39,590 nt of DNA from IMG/VR virus record IMGVR_UViG_3300045988_011202, positions 1 to 39,590 of that record; one strand, given 5' to 3'. The notes under the pieces are model-generated. The model was not told where the DNA came from, did not search any database, and saw only the letters and a program-made list of their open reading frames with translations. Position numbers and translations under genes: made by a program. This stretch comes from a virus. The first letter of the stretch is position 1. Each line of letters begins with the position of its first letter. Below, piece after piece: positions 38,043 through 39,590 of this stretch.

Positions 38043-38619
38043 TGTCCTGCTCCTTCTTTGCTGCCTTCATGCAGTCGGCGCACATCTGCGCTCCGTAGCG
38101 GCCCTTGGAATACTTAACCATATCCTTTACCGTCCACATTTCGCCGTTGCGCTTCCTTACAGACACAATGTCCGATCCGCACCGCTCACACACAGGCGCA
38201 GCGTTCCGCTCTTTCTCGTCCAGTTCGGCGGAGGAAATCTTGTCCGGGTCTTCTCCGGTGGGAATCGCAAACGTCCGCAACCACATATACTTGAAAGCGT
38301 ATGTCATAGCCTTGCCGCTGCCCTTGTCCTGCGTGTCCGCGCCATCGCCGCAGGACGCGATTTCAATGTATTCTTCCGGGTTCTCCACATTCACCATGCG
38401 GTACAAAACATCCACATGGGTGATGTTGCCGGTTCTTGTTGCCGTCTGTGCGATGGGGTATACAACCAGTTTGTGTTTCAGCAGCTCCGCCCGCATGATG
38501 GATGTGACTTTCTCCTCACTCAGGGCTTTATACTTGGTGCTGCCGAACTCTACATGATCGTCCTTTGCAAGATACTGGACATCCTGCATAATCGCAGCGA
38601 TTTTCTCGTAGATGTTCAA
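38029..38619 (-). CDS. ERF-family single-strand annealing recombinase
   Basis: 196 aa. IYEKIAAIMQDVQYLAKD...YKALSEEKV...DKGSGKAMTYAFKYMWLRTFAIPTGEDPD is the ERF pattern. A C-terminal zinc ribbon is present. Confidence 0.8.
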   Translation of the reverse strand: MNIYEKIAAIMQDVQYLAKDDHVEFGSTKYKALSEEKVTSIMRAELLKHKLVVYPIAQTATRTGNITHVDVLYRMVNVENPEEYIEIASCGDGADTQDKGSGKAMTYAFKYMWLRTFAIPTGEDPDKISSAELDEKERNAAPVCERCGSDIVSVRKRNGEMWTVKDMVKYSKGRYGAQMCADCMKAAKKEQDNAAG

Positions 38620-38819
38620 AATTCTTCCTCCTCGTCAATGATTTCCAGCGGGCAGTGCGCACCAATGATTCTTGTGTCTATCAGATACTCGCTCGTTCTC
38701 CTGCACTGGTTGCGGGAATATGTTTCCAGCAGAGGGCAGAGGTTACACGCCATATGCCCCTCCGGGAAGTAAATATCCACGGATGTCTTGATGTACCGCA
38801 ATACGCCTCCCTCGCTCAT
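38616..38819 (-). CDS. Cys-containing mini-protein (67 aa), hypothetical
   Basis: The start MSEGGVLRYIKTSVDIYFPEGHMACNLCP overlaps the upstream stop (ATGA). Confidence 0.55.
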   Translation of the reverse strand: MSEGGVLRYIKTSVDIYFPEGHMACNLCPLLETYSRNQCRRTSEYLIDTRIIGAHCPLEIIDEEEEF

Positions 38820-39010
38820 TCCAACGCCTCCTCGTAATACTCCTCGTTGTCTCTGACGCACTCTCCACAAAGCCAAATGTCCTTGTAGTGCAGAGCAGGG
38901 AAATCTGTAATGCGGCAGCCGCAGCAATCGCACACAGGCATCCTCGCAAGCCGCCTATCCTGCTCCTCTGCGTAGCACTCCGCGTCCCATACCGGGTCAG
39001 ATGTCCACAT
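38816..39010 (-). CDS. Cys-rich mini-protein (64 aa), hypothetical
   Basis: The start MWTSDPVWDAECYAEEQ lies 9 nt after AGGAGG. It contains PVCDCCGCRI...WLCGECV. Confidence 0.55.
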   Translation of the reverse strand: MWTSDPVWDAECYAEEQDRRLARMPVCDCCGCRITDFPALHYKDIWLCGECVRDNEEYYEEALE

Positions 39011-39293
39011 CGGATGCATCCTCCTTTTCAGTATCCAGCTTCCACACATCCCGGGTAACCTTGGAAACCTGGGGAATATCCCCCGCATACAGGGCGTTCA
39101 GGAAATCGTCCTCACCGGTTCCGTACAAAACAAAGCGTGGCTCTGTGATGACCTTGTACCCGGAATATACGGTTGTCTTATTGCTGCCGCTAACCAGATC
39201 GCCCACCTCGGCCACATTACACTCCGACCGCATAGCTACCCGGACGCCGTACCTTTCAGCCACGATGGCGTAGTAATGTCTTTGCATCTTCAT
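38997..39293 (-). CDS. hypothetical protein (98 aa)
   Basis: The start MKMQRHYYAIVAERYG overlaps the upstream stop (ATGA). Confidence 0.65.
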   Translation of the reverse strand: MKMQRHYYAIVAERYGVRVAMRSECNVAEVGDLVSGSNKTTVYSGYKVITEPRFVLYGTGEDDFLNALYAGDIPQVSKVTRDVWKLDTEKEDASDVDI

Positions 39294-39590
39294 TCCTCCA
39301 CCTCCGAAATCTCGCCGTTTTGCAGCGTGTACCATGTGTTTTCTTTGACGGCTTCTCCGTCGACCCTTACGATTTTGGCATCTATGATGTTTCCGTCATC
39401 GTCACGCTCCGATACCAAAAGCCAGTTGCCCACAGAGCCTCTTGCAAGGCTATCCTGGCCCCATGCAACGGCGACGCACTGATTGCCAATCGCGGATGCT
39501 TTGCCATACCGGCCAGTCACAGCAGCCGTGCCACTCCAGCCCGATGCGGCGGCGTTGCCACTCACACCCGATGCGGCGGCGTTGCCACTC
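39290..39590 (-). CDS. C-terminal part of the wrap-around DUF7666-like repeat protein (the N-terminal part is 1..445)
   Basis: The frame stays open to the right window edge: ...SGNAAASGVSGNAAASGWSGTAAVTGRYGKASAIGNQCVAVAWGQDSLARGSVGNWLLVSERDDDGNIIDAKIVRVDGEAVKENTWYTLQNGEISEVEE. The ORF-track Met at 39565 is not the real start. Confidence 0.8.
   Translation of the reverse strand, partial: SGNAAASGVSGNAAASGWSGTAAVTGRYGKASAIGNQCVAVAWGQDSLARGSVGNWLLVSERDDDGNIIDAKIVRVDGEAVKENTWYTLQNGEISEVEE

Noticed and set aside
1-39590. Integrated prophage with host flanks, attL/attR, or an additional mobile element (IS, transposon, DGR, retron)
   Set aside because: A gene wraps the window ends, so there is no host DNA. 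I saw no transposase, reverse transcriptase or long terminal inverted repeats. Only one integrase and one tRNA-fragment att site are present.

Overview
The window is one complete, circularly closed temperate siphovirus-type phage genome, or an excised prophage, from a Firmicutes/Clostridia-like host. The host guess rests on protein-family flavour: CW_7 amidase, Dp-1-type holin, SPP1-like head genes. The first 26 nt are identical to the last 26 nt. One gene runs off the left edge and re-enters at the right edge, and it stays in frame only if that overlap is collapsed (27..445 plus 39290..39590 = 720 nt). The unique length is therefore 39,564 bp.

Layout:
- A small + strand lysogeny module holds a CI-like XRE repressor, membrane proteins, a membrane-tethered XRE protein, a tyrosine integrase and attP. 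attP is a 3' tRNA fragment at about 4401-4435.
- This module faces one very long minus-strand gene train, which starts with Cro-like and Xis-like genes.
- Early genes follow and wrap round the coordinate origin: DUF7666-like repeat protein, Erf, NinB-like, HNH-like, SSB, replisome organiser, C5-methyltransferase, RusA, secreted 3D-domain protein, many Cys-rich mini-proteins, a small DPPH methyltransferase and a Lar-like protein.
- Next come a late-activator-like gene and an ORF-free structured RNA locus of about 0.9 kb.
- The late genes follow: ParB-methyltransferase, TerS, TerL, portal, MuF, gp10-like, scaffold, major capsid, connectors, major tail, a frameshifted tail chaperone, tape measure, Dit, Tal, DUF859 fibre, holin and amidase endolysin.
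- Post-lysis accessory modules end the train at attP.

Things worth a second look:
1. The structured RNA locus (27990-28860). It has many GNRA-capped helices, two aberrant tRNA-like modules and a convergent small RNA.
2. A circularly permuted, multi-TRD cytosine-5 DNA methyltransferase that is interrupted at a G9 homopolymer.
3. An 8-gene cargo operon of low-complexity, Cys-rich, C1q/BclA-like and papain-like proteins next to attP.
4. An acr/aca-like operon after the lysis genes: promoter with tandem TGTACA palindromes, a very acidic protein, an unknown protein and a 46-aa RHH protein.
5. A MuF head protein with a PD-(D/E)xK toxin-like C-terminal domain and no adjacent immunity gene.
6. A reverse-oriented PH-domain moron wedged between the tail chaperone and the tape measure gene.

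My hand-indexed coordinates for small non-ORF-track elements may be off by 1-2 nt.
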